Positions 54,174-64,000 of a DNA stretch of 64,000 nt are shown piece after piece. Origin of the DNA: a virus; the IMG/VR virus record IMGVR_UViG_3300036820_000004, positions 32,001 through 96,000 of that record. One strand, 5' to 3'. The notes beneath the pieces were generated by a model. It made no database searches and was not told the DNA's origin. It saw nothing but the letters and a program-made list of their open reading frames with translations. Position numbers and translations under genes: made by a program. Each line of letters opens with the position of its first letter. The stretch's first letter is position 1.

Positions 54174-54281
54174 GTCGGTGCTCCTCTGTTAAGGGTTAAG
54201 CACTGGCCAAGCCCGGGGCGGTCTGACCACCGTCGCCGGGATTATTCGTGCGAACATTCTATCTGAAATCAGGAGACGCCT

Positions 54282-54644
54282 GTGCGCATTTCCCTTCCGT
54301 CCGGTGCCTGGATTGAAGTCCGCGACAATGACAAGCCGAGTGATCGCTGGGCGGTAGCGGACGCCCCGGACGTCGTTAATATCGACGGTCAGGTCTCCGT
54401 CCGTAATGCTCAGGGGAACATGGGGAAAACCTACTACGCCCGGGTCATCCTTGCGTGGTCCTACGAGGCCCCGTTTTCTCCAGAGAACCTGGAGCTTTTC
54501 GGCGATGAATGGCCCGGCGATATGGATGACTTCCTAGCACTAGAGGATGCCCTGCAGGAGCGTTTCAGCCGTGTGTCCCGGTCCCGGCGCTCCCCAAACC
54601 CGCAGAGGCCGCCCTCGCCGACGAACGCGACATCTCCCGCCTAG
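54282..54644 (+). CDS. tail assembly chaperone
   Basis: RBS AGGAG; position; ...I.AWS motif; slippery site near the 3' end. Confidence 0.7.
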   Translation: MRISLPSGAWIEVRDNDKPSDRWAVADAPDVVNIDGQVSVRNAQGNMGKTYYARVILAWSYEAPFSPENLELFGDEWPGDMDDFLALEDALQERFSRVSRSRRSPNPQRPPSPTNATSPA

Positions 54645-54886
54645 TCGCCTGCTTCGCTTCGGACGGCACGCAGGGCGGCCTGCCGGACGGGATGCCGCCG
54701 CGGGAGATGACGTACTGGTGGTGGCTGGACAGGCACGGTCTCACACGCAGGCAGGTTGACGAGGACATCTCCCTCGAGGACCTTGAGTGGGTTCCGAAGT
54801 TGGACGCAGCTAAGGCGCGCGTGACCGAGATGAGGCAGAAGCAGGCCGCTCGCGAGGCTCGCAGCGGTCGGCAGCGCGGGTTCTAG
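54593..54886 (+). other. -1 programmed frameshift (C CCA AAC) and extended chaperone frame
   Basis: X XXY YYZ heptamer in the correct phase at 54593-54599; the -1 frame is open to the stop at 54886. Confidence 0.7.
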
Positions 54887-55185
54887 CGCCGCACATGCGC
54901 GCAGGTCAGCACTGTTGCCACTGGCATTAGCACCGGCCCCGCGTAGTCCGGCACCCCTCCTGACGCCCATCCGATGGCGATCCCGGCCAGTTCACCCGCG
55001 GCGACGGGGACAGGTGACGGAAACCGGATCTCTACGGTCTTCCCTTCGGTGCTCGCCGCGGCCGGGTGACCGGGCACGCAGGTAAGCATGATCCGCACCA
55101 TGCCGTCGCGCCGGATCACCGACATGGCCACGCCGCCGTTGAACGCACGCCCGGAGATGATCCTCGGCGCGACACGGGAGCCCAT
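54883..55185 (-). CDS. hypothetical protein
   Basis: Fills the gap in antisense orientation; start uncertain. Confidence 0.4.
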   Translation of the reverse strand: MGSRVAPRIISGRAFNGGVAMSVIRRDGMVRIMLTCVPGHPAAASTEGKTVEIRFPSPVPVAAGELAGIAIGWASGGVPDYAGPVLMPVATVLTCAHVRR

Positions 55186-55208
55186 GAGCGAAGCGTAGGG
55201 GGTGCCCG

Positions 55209-55700
55209 GTGGCTATCACCCTCGCTGAGCTTGTGCCCGTCCTGGAAGCGCTGCGGGACCGGGCTGCGACTGCCGCGCCGCCAGCGGTGACGGCCATCGG
55301 GCAGACATATCAGAAGCACCTGCAGAAGGTCACGTTGCGGCGGTATTTCGCCACACCGGGACAGTTCGGCACGTCGTCGCCGCCGGGGCAGCCTCCCGCG
55401 TGGCGGACTGGCGCCATGGCCCGGTCGGTGACGACCGTTGTCGGCCCGTCGTCCGGGATGACTGCCACGGCCAGCGTAGGCCCGCATGTGATCTACGCCC
55501 GGACTCAGAATGAAGGCGGGATTCACCGGCCGTCCCGGGCCCGGTACATGCACTGGATCAACTCGGGCGGCTCCTGGTACCTGAAGCGGGTCAATATCCC
55601 GGCCCGGCCGTTCATGGAGCCGGCGCTGCGCGAGTGCATCGAGAACGGGTCGCTGACCAAGGCGGCCGCCGAAGCGTTCCTGGCTTGGGTGTGGGGGTGA
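55209..55700 (+). CDS. HK97 gp10-like neck / tail completion protein
   Basis: SPPGQPPA.RTG.M.RS, VGP..IYAR.Q..GG, IPARPFM.PA. Confidence 0.75.
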   Translation: MAITLAELVPVLEALRDRAATAAPPAVTAIGQTYQKHLQKVTLRRYFATPGQFGTSSPPGQPPAWRTGAMARSVTTVVGPSSGMTATASVGPHVIYARTQNEGGIHRPSRARYMHWINSGGSWYLKRVNIPARPFMEPALRECIENGSLTKAAAEAFLAWVWG

Positions 55701-55706
55701 ATTCCC

Positions 55707-58700
55707 CTGCCTAGCCTGCCGGACGTCGAAGAGACCTTCAAGGCAGATTCAGGCCCGTACGTTGCCGGTCTTGAGGCAATGATCGCGGCGGCCGACCGGG
55801 CCGAGCAGGCCAACTATGCGCTCCTGGTCTCCATCGGCGCGCTTCAGGCAGGCCAGGACGCGGCAGCACGCGGGGCCAGCGTTGACGCCGCCGCGAACGC
55901 CTTCCTGGCCGAGCAGGCGGGGAACGCGGCCCGGGCCAGCACCGAGGCGGCTGCCGCAACGACCGCCGCAGGCGATGCGGCAGGCGATGCGGCAGGAAAG
56001 TTCGCTGCCGATGACGCAGCCATGCGAGGTGCCGCGGACGCGGCCACGGACGCGGCCCTGGCTGAGGCGGCTGCCACGGTTTCGACGAGGGCTGCAGGTG
56101 ACGCAGCGCTGGCATCAGTCGCGAAGACGGATGCGTCGCGGCTGGCGATCGGCCGGTGGGGTATCACCTGGAACGCGCTGCACTGGATCATCGCGGGCGG
56201 CGCGGAACTTCTGGCTGTCACCCTCCCGGCGGCGGTCGCAGCGGGGTCGGCGGCGTTCGTGCTCTACCAGGGCGTCGTCGAGCAAGTCGGTTTCCGGCTG
56301 CAAGCCCTGTACGGGACTACCGAGGCCACCGCCGCGATGCTGAACAAGACCACAGGCGATGTCCTCGGCCTGGGGCACGCATTCCAGACGGCCCAGAACG
56401 CGGCTGACCCGATCGCCTACCAGTTGCTCGGCGAGTACGTGAACGCCGCTAAGAGCCACATGGTGGACCTGGCCAGCGCCGGCGTGGCCGTGGACCGCGC
56501 CCTCGGTGAACTCGGCGCGAAGATCGACGTCGACCTGATCCAGCAAGGCGGCCAGCTCAACTCCCTGCTCGCCAACATGGTCTCCGATCTGATCGAGATC
56601 GGGCAGGTTTTCGGCAATCTCGGGCATGCCGTCTTGAATCTTGCGGCTGACATGCCGGGGCTGGCCGAGGTGCTCCTCAAGATCGCTGACGCGGCGTCGC
56701 GTGTCGTGCTGTGGGTGTCCGAACTGCCGGCGCCCCTGATCTTGACGTTCATGGTGTTCGAGGAGTTTTCCCGGTGGGGCGGCCTGGTCGTGACCATGCT
56801 CGGGAAATTGGGGCTGGCCAGCAGCGAACTGTCGGGCGGCCTGTTCTCGGTGTCACGGTTCGGCGGAATCCTGTCCAATGTCCTCAAGGCTATCCCGATG
56901 CTGGCCGCGGGTGCGGTCCAGGGCCTGGGATCGCTCATGCAGGCCGTCGCTAGTGACGAATATGCGTTCGGCCGGGCCGGGACGGCGGTAAAGGGACTCG
57001 GCGAGGACATGGAGGCCGGCATCGCCGACATTCCCATGTGGCAGGCCGCGCTCGGCGCGCTGGCGATCGGCGGGTTCATCTTCTTCGCCGACAAGGCCCT
57101 GACCGCGCGGAACGCGACACAGCAGTTCACTGATTCGCTGCAGAAGGCGGCCGAGGCCGCGTCGAACGTGAACGTGATCGGCACCATCGCCGACAACATG
57201 GCCCGGATCGACACCGCCCAGCGGCAGGCCGCCGCGTCGGCGGGCACCCTGGCGCAGAACTGGACGCAGATGGGCAATGCCGCGCACCTCGGCGTTGAGC
57301 CTGTCAGCGACTTGCAGGAGAAAATGGCCGGCCTGTCAGCGGGGATGACCCAGCAGGACCAGGATCTGCGGAATGTCAGCCAGGGCGTGCAGGTGCTGGG
57401 ACGGGCGTACGGGACTGACCTGACCCAGTCGCTTGCTCTCGCCGATGAGGCCGGGGTGAAACTGGTCAAGGGCATCACCGGGACCGGGCAGGCGGCGCAG
57501 GTTGCGCGGGCTCAGGTCGCCGGCCTGGTGCAGGGTTACAAGGCGATGGACCAGACCGGGGGGATCCTCGGCAATGACATGAACACCCTGGCGATCCAGA
57601 CCGGGCTGGCTGACACCAAGGTCCAGGGCCTCAACCAGGCGTGGGACCAGCTCCTTTCCAATGCCACCGGCCTGACCAGCAATTTTGCCGGGCTGATCAC
57701 CGACATCGGCGAGATCAACAACGCGATCACGACCAGCGGCAAGAAGTTTGACGTGTTCGGCGGCGAAGCTGTGTCGAGCACGCAGGCTGCTGCCATGTCG
57801 ATGAAGTCATTCGGCGGGGTCGGCGCGCAGGTGTGGTCGAACTACGACTCGGCGCTGCAGCAAGCCGGCCAGTTCACCGACTCGCTGCGCACCGCCGCTG
57901 CGTACGGCGCGGTGTCACAGAAAGCGTTCACCCAGCAGATCGCGTACACGGTGCAGCAACTGCTGCCCTATGCCCGGTATTCGCAGACCGCTGCCGCGCA
58001 GCTGGGGATCCTGGTGCAGCAGGCCGGCGGCCCGGCGCTGACTAGTTTCAAGTCGCTGAAAGAGTGGGTGGATAAGAACTCCGAGTCTGCTTCGGCGTTC
58101 AACAAGCAGATGGCCGGGGAGACCGTCCAGTTGTCGGACGTGTCTCAGGCCGCGTCAGAGTTTGCGTCCACGCTGAACTCGCAGGTCGCCTCTGCGCTGG
58201 ACTCGGCGAAGATCTCGACGTCGGGGCTGACGCAGGCCGCGCAGCGGCTCAACCAGGCGTACACCCAGACCCACGGCACAGTCTCAGGGCCAGTTGTCTC
58301 CTCGTTCGCCCAGTTGGTGACGAGCCTTGACCGGGTGTACGGCAACACGCAGACCGCTACCGGGATCGCGAATGCTTACGCCCGGTCGCTGGGCTTGACC
58401 TCTGCCCAGGTGAAGATCCTGGACTACGACGTGTCCGGCCTGGTCGCGCAGATGAACCAGCTTCACTCCAAGACGGTCACGGTCACCGTGAACGGTCAGA
58501 TCACCGGGTCGGGGGCGGCGGCGCTGGCCGCGGGAGGCGTTTCCCCGGTCACGATCATCCACGCCCGTCAGCCCACCCAGCTGGCGACTGGCGCGCAGTA
58601 CGCGGCGGCGGGCATGGCCGTGGTCGGCGACGCGGGGCCGGAACTGGTGCGGTTCGGTGGCGGGGAGCAGGTCATCCCGTCGTGGCAGACCGCGGCAGCG

Positions 58701-58853
58701 GTGCACGGCGGGGGCGGGGAGGGGACGCTGAATTTCTCCCACCAGTCCAGCATTCAGGTCGACGGCACGAAGCTCGGTGCGGTGACGCGAACCCAGTCAC
58801 TGACATACCAAAGGCGCAATCCGTCCAATAACCTGTCATTGCGGACACGCTAG
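55707..58853 (+). CDS. tape measure protein
   Basis: About 1050 aa, Ala-rich and helical; C-terminal A.G....AG..VVGD.GPELV.F; probable CTG start at 55707 (first ATG at 55779). Confidence 0.85.
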   Translation: MPSLPDVEETFKADSGPYVAGLEAMIAAADRAEQANYALLVSIGALQAGQDAAARGASVDAAANAFLAEQAGNAARASTEAAAATTAAGDAAGDAAGKFAADDAAMRGAADAATDAALAEAAATVSTRAAGDAALASVAKTDASRLAIGRWGITWNALHWIIAGGAELLAVTLPAAVAAGSAAFVLYQGVVEQVGFRLQALYGTTEATAAMLNKTTGDVLGLGHAFQTAQNAADPIAYQLLGEYVNAAKSHMVDLASAGVAVDRALGELGAKIDVDLIQQGGQLNSLLANMVSDLIEIGQVFGNLGHAVLNLAADMPGLAEVLLKIADAASRVVLWVSELPAPLILTFMVFEEFSRWGGLVVTMLGKLGLASSELSGGLFSVSRFGGILSNVLKAIPMLAAGAVQGLGSLMQAVASDEYAFGRAGTAVKGLGEDMEAGIADIPMWQAALGALAIGGFIFFADKALTARNATQQFTDSLQKAAEAASNVNVIGTIADNMARIDTAQRQAAASAGTLAQNWTQMGNAAHLGVEPVSDLQEKMAGLSAGMTQQDQDLRNVSQGVQVLGRAYGTDLTQSLALADEAGVKLVKGITGTGQAAQVARAQVAGLVQGYKAMDQTGGILGNDMNTLAIQTGLADTKVQGLNQAWDQLLSNATGLTSNFAGLITDIGEINNAITTSGKKFDVFGGEAVSSTQAAAMSMKSFGGVGAQVWSNYDSALQQAGQFTDSLRTAAAYGAVSQKAFTQQIAYTVQQLLPYARYSQTAAAQLGILVQQAGGPALTSFKSLKEWVDKNSESASAFNKQMAGETVQLSDVSQAASEFASTLNSQVASALDSAKISTSGLTQAAQRLNQAYTQTHGTVSGPVVSSFAQLVTSLDRVYGNTQTATGIANAYARSLGLTSAQVKILDYDVSGLVAQMNQLHSKTVTVTVNGQITGSGAAALAAGGVSPVTIIHARQPTQLATGAQYAAAGMAVVGDAGPELVRFGGGEQVIPSWQTAAAVHGGGGEGTLNFSHQSSIQVDGTKLGAVTRTQSLTYQRRNPSNNLSLRTR

Positions 58854-59097
58854 CCGGCCAGACCGGGGTGTATGGCCTGCTTGTGCGCGGCGGCCAGTTC
58901 GTTGAGCCGCTCAAGCGGCCACGCGGTGTCCCACCTGTTGACAGGTTCGTCGCGCAGCAGGTCCGCCTTCTCCTGCAGCCCTGCGTCCAGGCCACGCCTG
59001 GCACCACAGGCTCATTGCGGACATGTCGTCGTAGCTGACGAGGAACGCGCCCGTCCCGGTGTCCGTCATGCCGCACATGGTACGAGGAGGTGCTCGC

Positions 59098-61056
59098 TTG
59101 GCCACTCTGGAGCAGTTCACCCTGCCGCCGCCAAGGTCCGTGGGAAGCCCGAACCCGCCTGTCGATGTCAACAACATCGTCAACTGCGTCACCGCCTACG
59201 GATCAGCGTTCAACATCGTCAACACCGGATTCGCCGGCGGCGCCTACCTCGATGGCACCAGCGATTCGACAGCGGCCATCCAGGCGTGCATGGACGCCGC
59301 CGCCACCTATGGCGCTGCGGTGTTCATTCCTGGCGGGGTGATCTTCCGGGCATCGCAGCTGACCTGGAACGCCGGGCAGATCATCCAGGGTGTCTACTCC
59401 GGCACCTACCCGGGCGAGGACTCGATCACCACGGCGAGCATCCTGGCCCGGCTGGCTAGCACCAATGAAGACCTGATCACCGTCCCGGACGGCACCGACT
59501 ATGGCATGATCCGCGATCTGATGATCGACGGGAACAAGTCGAATAACAGCGCGGGAGACGGTGTTCACATCGCCGACGGGATTTCCGACCAGGAATGCCA
59601 GATCGTCATCGAGCGGTGCTACATCCACGACAACCCGGGCAGCGCCGTCTACCTGGGTAACAACCGGCGCGGCACCAAGGTCCTCACCTCAGTGCTGCAC
59701 GAATCCGGGATTGACGGGGTAACGATCGCCGGCTCAGACAACCATGTCTGGAACTGCATCATCGGCGACAATACCCGCGCCGGGATCTGCCTGGGCACCA
59801 CGATCACGCAAAACTGGGCGGCCACCAGCGGCTTCGCGTTCAGCGTGGCCCACATCGGCGGCAATGACATATTCAAGAACGGCGTGGGCATCGCCATCGC
59901 CAGCGGCGTCAATGATGTCACCGCCTACGACAACGGCATCGACCATAGCCAGAAACAGGGCATCACTGTCTACGACGGGTCAGCCAACTCGCTGGTGCTC
60001 AACAGCCTTCATTCCAACAGCCAGGCCGCGAACAACACCTACGCGCACATCGACGTCGGCGCGAACGTCACCTCGGTCAGCATCGACGACAACAACTTCG
60101 GCCCGCTCGACTCCGACGCGACCAACGCGCCGTCGTACTGCGTGAATGCGGCTACGGGCATAGCCACCGGCACGATCCTGGGCAACCTCGGCTCGATGAA
60201 CGCGACATCAACGGTGGGCGGCCTGATCAACTCGGCGGCGAACACTGACCCGTACGTGTGCCTGTCCAATGCCGGGGCGCTGATCAAGGGCTCGGGGAAC
60301 AACATCCTGTCGCTGAAGAACGCGTCGGGCACGCTGGTCACGAAGGTCAGCAACGGCGGGTCGTTCGTGCACCAGGGGGGTGCATTCCAAGCAACAGCGA
60401 CTGGCGGCGGCCACGTTTTCGGGTCGGCGACCGCGCTGCCGAACACCGCACTGTCGGTGATCGGCAATACTGCCGCCAATCCGGTGCTCGGCATCCAGGC
60501 CGCTACGTCTCAGATCGGTGACCTGCTGGACTTCTGGAGCAGCGGCGGCTCACCTACGCTGCTCCAGGCGGTGGACTTTACGGGCGCGATGCCGGGACTA
60601 TACCTGTGCACGCCGACGCAGTACGCCCCGGGCTCGCAGGTCACGTTCTCGTCAACCGCGCAGACATTCTCGGCGGTGTCCTCCGCGAATATCAACACGC
60701 GCTCGTTCACTGCACCCGCATCGGGAGAGGTCCTTGTCGGCGCGACCCTGACGTCTCAGGTGAACTCGGACGGTAACACTGTCGCCTTCGCGCTTGCCGA
60801 GCACGGGACCACGACTCCCCTAGTCAGTACCGCGTCTGTGCTGAAGTACCCAGGGTCGGCGTTCCCGTTTCCGCTATCACTCCCATTCCTGGTCAGCGAC
60901 CTAGCTGCGGGGAGTGCCTACACCTTTGACCTGATGTGGTGCGTGGCCAGCGGTGGCACCGTCACCGCCTATGCCTACGGGCAGACGGGCACCACGCCGA
61001 CGCAGGGCAATTCCGGACTCGGCGGCCCGGCAATTATGACCGTGCAGGCGGCGTGA
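59098..61056 (+). CDS. beta-helix (pectate-lyase-like) tail spike protein
   Basis: RBS GAGGAGG with TTG start; DG..D.TAAIQA..DAA...V.IP.G; Asn/Gly-rich parallel beta-helix repeats. Confidence 0.75.
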   Translation: MATLEQFTLPPPRSVGSPNPPVDVNNIVNCVTAYGSAFNIVNTGFAGGAYLDGTSDSTAAIQACMDAAATYGAAVFIPGGVIFRASQLTWNAGQIIQGVYSGTYPGEDSITTASILARLASTNEDLITVPDGTDYGMIRDLMIDGNKSNNSAGDGVHIADGISDQECQIVIERCYIHDNPGSAVYLGNNRRGTKVLTSVLHESGIDGVTIAGSDNHVWNCIIGDNTRAGICLGTTITQNWAATSGFAFSVAHIGGNDIFKNGVGIAIASGVNDVTAYDNGIDHSQKQGITVYDGSANSLVLNSLHSNSQAANNTYAHIDVGANVTSVSIDDNNFGPLDSDATNAPSYCVNAATGIATGTILGNLGSMNATSTVGGLINSAANTDPYVCLSNAGALIKGSGNNILSLKNASGTLVTKVSNGGSFVHQGGAFQATATGGGHVFGSATALPNTALSVIGNTAANPVLGIQAATSQIGDLLDFWSSGGSPTLLQAVDFTGAMPGLYLCTPTQYAPGSQVTFSSTAQTFSAVSSANINTRSFTAPASGEVLVGATLTSQVNSDGNTVAFALAEHGTTTPLVSTASVLKYPGSAFPFPLSLPFLVSDLAAGSAYTFDLMWCVASGGTVTAYAYGQTGTTPTQGNSGLGGPAIMTVQAA

Positions 61057-61063
61057 AGAAGAA

Positions 61064-61777
61064 ATGACAACGCTCACCAACTCGTTCGAGGGCGGCACCA
61101 GCGGCACAACCATCACTGCCGCCAACTCCGGCGGCGCGTCGGGGAACGCGTTCGACTCGGTTTCCATCGGGACCAGCGGCTCCCTGGTGTTCGACAATGC
61201 CCGCGCCGCGCACGGACTGCTGTCGGCCAAGGCGGCCACGGGTGGCACCGCAGACGAAGTGCTGATGGAGTGGACAACATCGCTCGGCACCCAGGCCACC
61301 GTCTACTACCGCGCTTACCTTTACCTGACCTCGAACTCGGCTGCGGTGCAGCCGGTTGAGGTGCGGGCAGGCGGATCGTCAGCGGCGTCCATCGCGATCA
61401 GCACCAGCGGCAACCTGCGCCTGGTGAACGGCGCGTTCGCTGTAGTGATGACGTTCAGCGGCATGGTGCCCCTCGGCCAGTGGTTCCGCCTCGAGGGGCT
61501 TTTCACCGGGGATCCCTCCAATGGCGTGATCTCCTGCTCGCAGTTCAACTCGATGGATTCGGTCACGCCCACTGAGTCGCACACCCTTACAGGGCAGGAC
61601 ACGACTGGTTCGCTGACCCAGACCTGGTTCGGGCAGACCTCCAGCGTGGCGAACACGCCCGCTTTCTGGCTGGACGATGTCGGCGTCTCGTCGTCGGGCC
61701 CGCTTGGTCCCTGGACGCCGCCCGGCGGCGCGGGCTGCAACATCGTCGCCCCGCTTGTCGCCAGCGGCGCTATCTAG
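61064..61777 (+). CDS. virion beta-sandwich protein (paralog of 41622-42347)
   Basis: Same N-terminus TTLTNSFEGGTSGTTIT and shared motifs throughout. Confidence 0.75.
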   Translation: MTTLTNSFEGGTSGTTITAANSGGASGNAFDSVSIGTSGSLVFDNARAAHGLLSAKAATGGTADEVLMEWTTSLGTQATVYYRAYLYLTSNSAAVQPVEVRAGGSSAASIAISTSGNLRLVNGAFAVVMTFSGMVPLGQWFRLEGLFTGDPSNGVISCSQFNSMDSVTPTESHTLTGQDTTGSLTQTWFGQTSSVANTPAFWLDDVGVSSSGPLGPWTPPGGAGCNIVAPLVASGAI

Positions 61778-61832
61778 TCCCCGCTTGCGGTTCTCCTGCT
61801 GACCGGCTAGCGCCACCCTAAGGAGGGCCGGC

Positions 61833-64000
61833 GTGGCCGAAACCCAGTACATGCTCATCGGGCTCTACTCCTACCCGCCGAGCGCGTTCTGGACCGCGGC
61901 GATCGACGCGTACCCGACAACGGCGATCATCATCGCCAACGTCGACTCCGGTCCCGGCACCGGTTACGAGTCCAACTTCGGCGCCATCTACACCGAAGCA
62001 TCGGCCGCCGGGATCATCCTCGCCGGGTACGTCTACACCTCCTACGCCGCCCGGTCCGAAGCCGACGTCGAAGCCGACATCGACAACTGGTTCACCTTCT
62101 ACGGCACGTCCGGCGTCACCAGCATCTTCTTCGACGAGGTTGACGCCACCGCCGGCAACGAGACCTACTACACCACCATCACCGACTACGTCCACACGAA
62201 CTATCCCGGCTCTACGGTCATCCTCAACCCGGGGAATATCCCCGACGAGGACTACCTGTCGGTGCCCATCGGCGACATCATCCAGGTCGAGGAAAACTCT
62301 TACGCCAACCTCGCCGGGGACGCCGCGGGTGCTCCGTCGTGGCTGTTTGACTACCCGAGTTCGCAGCTCGCGGTCACGGTCAACACCTGCCCGACCGAAG
62401 CGGACATGGCCACCGCGGTCGGCCTGGCCGCGTCCGCGTTCAACGCGCAGTACGTGTGGGTCACCGCAGACGACATCTACAGCGCCGAGCCGTCATACTT
62501 CGCCGCCGAGGTAGCGCTCCTCGTCGGCGGCGGCCCGTCCGGTGACCTGACCGTCACCGCCACCCAGGGCGGCAGCACCAACCCCGGCATCCTGCTGCGC
62601 GTCCTTGTGCTCGACAACGCCGCCGTCGCAGGCTCCCCGGCCACGGCATCCCAGTCCGCAGCCGCAGCCCACCAGGCATCCGTCACCACGACCATCGCCG
62701 GGTCTGTCGTTTACGGCACGGTCATCGACGGCGCTGACTCCGCGGTCACCATGCACGCCGGGTGCACCGCGATCGACAACATCACCGACGCGACAAACAC
62801 GCTGTGCTACGCCACGTTCCACACCGCGGCGACAGTGACCCCCGGCGCAGCTACCGTTGGCGCCACCGCGACCGATCCCGGGGGCATGGCCGCACTGGAG
62901 GTGCGCCCGTCCGGCGGCAGCATCACCACCGACGCGTCCAGTCCCGCTGTCGCCGACTCGACGACAGCAACAGCGATCACGTCGGCCGGGTTCACGCCAC
63001 CCGGGGGAACGCTGCTGGTTGCCCTGGTCTCGGCCGGGGGCCTGGGCGGCGACGTCACCACGATGACGCTGGCCGACTCCTACGGCCTCACCTGGCACGC
63101 CGCTGTCCAGGCTCACGCCGCGGGCCAGTTCTACGCCGGCGTGTGGTACGCAGAAGCTCCCGCAGCGCCGGACATCACCACCAGCAGCCTGCCCGGCGCC
63201 ACCGAGGACAGTGCCTACGCGCAGGCGCTGGGCGTGACCGGCGGCTGGCTGCCGCTGTCCTGGTCGCTTACCACGGGCAGCCTGCCCTCAGGCCTGTCCC
63301 TCGGCGCATCATCCGGGGTGATCAGCGGCACCCCGCACGCCACCGGTACCTCGTCGTTCACTGTTGAGGTCACTGACGCGTTCGGGAACTCAGCCACCCA
63401 GCCACTGTCGCTGACCGTCGCCGGATCCGGGAGCGCGGTCTACACGTCGCTGTACCCGGCGGTGTACGGCGGCGGGGCGGGCCCCTCACCCGGGTCGGTT
63501 GTCAACGTGTGGAGCAGGGGCTACGGCCGGCCGCCCGGCGAGGCACCGTCGCCTGCGGTGTCGCCGCTCGCGCTGGAACTGGACTCCGCCACCTCAGTCG
63601 GCGGCGGGTCGGGGACTCCGACCAGCGGGAACTGGATGTTCGCTGTCGTGGCATGGCGGCAGGACGCGGGCACCGCCGGGGTACTGCAATACCCTTCCAC
63701 CAACACGATCTGCGACGACACGCACAACTTCTGGATCCCCGTCTCCGTCGTGGGGCCGGAAACGGGGATCGTGCGGACCGCGGTATGGATGGCTCCGGCG
63801 TTCCGCGCCCCGCAGTTCGTGTTCGCGTCGCCGACCGCCTACCAGTCCGCGGTCACGCTCCTGGTGTTCGAGGTCACCGCCGCCGTCCCCTGGTATGAGG
63901 TGGCCGCGTTCGCGACCGCGTACACCAACCAGGGCCTGAGTGTCACCCAGTCGCAGGACACCGCAGCCGGGCTGTTCTCCGCGGGCGTCATCGCCTACGA
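61833..64000 (+). CDS. multi-domain tail protein: spherulin-4/GH135-like domain + Ig-like domain (3' partial)
   Basis: Not in the ORF track (no stop in window); RBS AAGGAGG; N..SGPG, GYVYTSY..R....V..DID.W, IFFDE, LNPG; ITTSSLP...GSLP.GL.L..SSGVISGTP. Confidence 0.75.
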   Translation, partial: MAETQYMLIGLYSYPPSAFWTAAIDAYPTTAIIIANVDSGPGTGYESNFGAIYTEASAAGIILAGYVYTSYAARSEADVEADIDNWFTFYGTSGVTSIFFDEVDATAGNETYYTTITDYVHTNYPGSTVILNPGNIPDEDYLSVPIGDIIQVEENSYANLAGDAAGAPSWLFDYPSSQLAVTVNTCPTEADMATAVGLAASAFNAQYVWVTADDIYSAEPSYFAAEVALLVGGGPSGDLTVTATQGGSTNPGILLRVLVLDNAAVAGSPATASQSAAAAHQASVTTTIAGSVVYGTVIDGADSAVTMHAGCTAIDNITDATNTLCYATFHTAATVTPGAATVGATATDPGGMAALEVRPSGGSITTDASSPAVADSTTATAITSAGFTPPGGTLLVALVSAGGLGGDVTTMTLADSYGLTWHAAVQAHAAGQFYAGVWYAEAPAAPDITTSSLPGATEDSAYAQALGVTGGWLPLSWSLTTGSLPSGLSLGASSGVISGTPHATGTSSFTVEVTDAFGNSATQPLSLTVAGSGSAVYTSLYPAVYGGGAGPSPGSVVNVWSRGYGRPPGEAPSPAVSPLALELDSATSVGGGSGTPTSGNWMFAVVAWRQDAGTAGVLQYPSTNTICDDTHNFWIPVSVVGPETGIVRTAVWMAPAFRAPQFVFASPTAYQSAVTLLVFEVTAAVPWYEVAAFATAYTNQGLSVTQSQDTAAGLFSAGVIAY

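Noticed and set aside
55218-55232. Third copy of the CCCTCGCTGAGCTT repeat
   Set aside because: Only 14 nt, inside a coding region and in a different context; likely chance
41622-61777. Diversity-generating retroelement template/variable repeat pair
   Set aside because: No reverse transcriptase in the window; the similarity is whole-gene paralogy rather than adenine-specific variation
1-64000. CRISPR array, tRNA/rRNA genes, integrase or att site
   Set aside because: No regularly spaced repeat-spacer units, cloverleaf or recombinase motifs recognised by eye; short features could have been missed

Overview
High-GC, gene-dense segment of an actinobacterial tailed phage (prophage or phage-plasmid; no integrase or tRNA seen). 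1-7.3 kb: Streptomyces-plasmid-like transfer module (small membrane proteins, lysozyme-like protein, FtsK/TraB-type translocase, Spd-like protein with 8-bp repeats). 8.9-10.2 kb: IS200/IS605-family TnpB element, plus a 48-bp mini-derivative at 11.85 kb. 10.9-16.5 kb: leftward accessory operon (HTH protein, DUF3631-like ATPase, Arr-like ADP-ribosyltransferase). 16.9-64 kb: virion module with terminases, a portal-MuF-ParB-like-2H polyprotein, prohead protease, major capsid, a glycosyl/methyltransferase cluster, neck and tail genes, tape measure and glycan-binding/degrading tail proteins. Highlights: (1) the intein in the MuF domain has no in-frame endonuclease but contains a complete Zn-finger/DUF559(Vsr)-type endonuclease gene on the opposite strand while the intein frame stays open; (2) the major capsid gene is split by three ORF-less group I introns, leaving a 21-nt exon; (3) the terminase carries a class 3 (WCT) intein starting with Leu; (4) candidate anti-defence functions (Acb1-like 2H domain, Tad2-like DUF2829) lie in the head module. 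All family assignments are from motif recognition by eye, not database searches.
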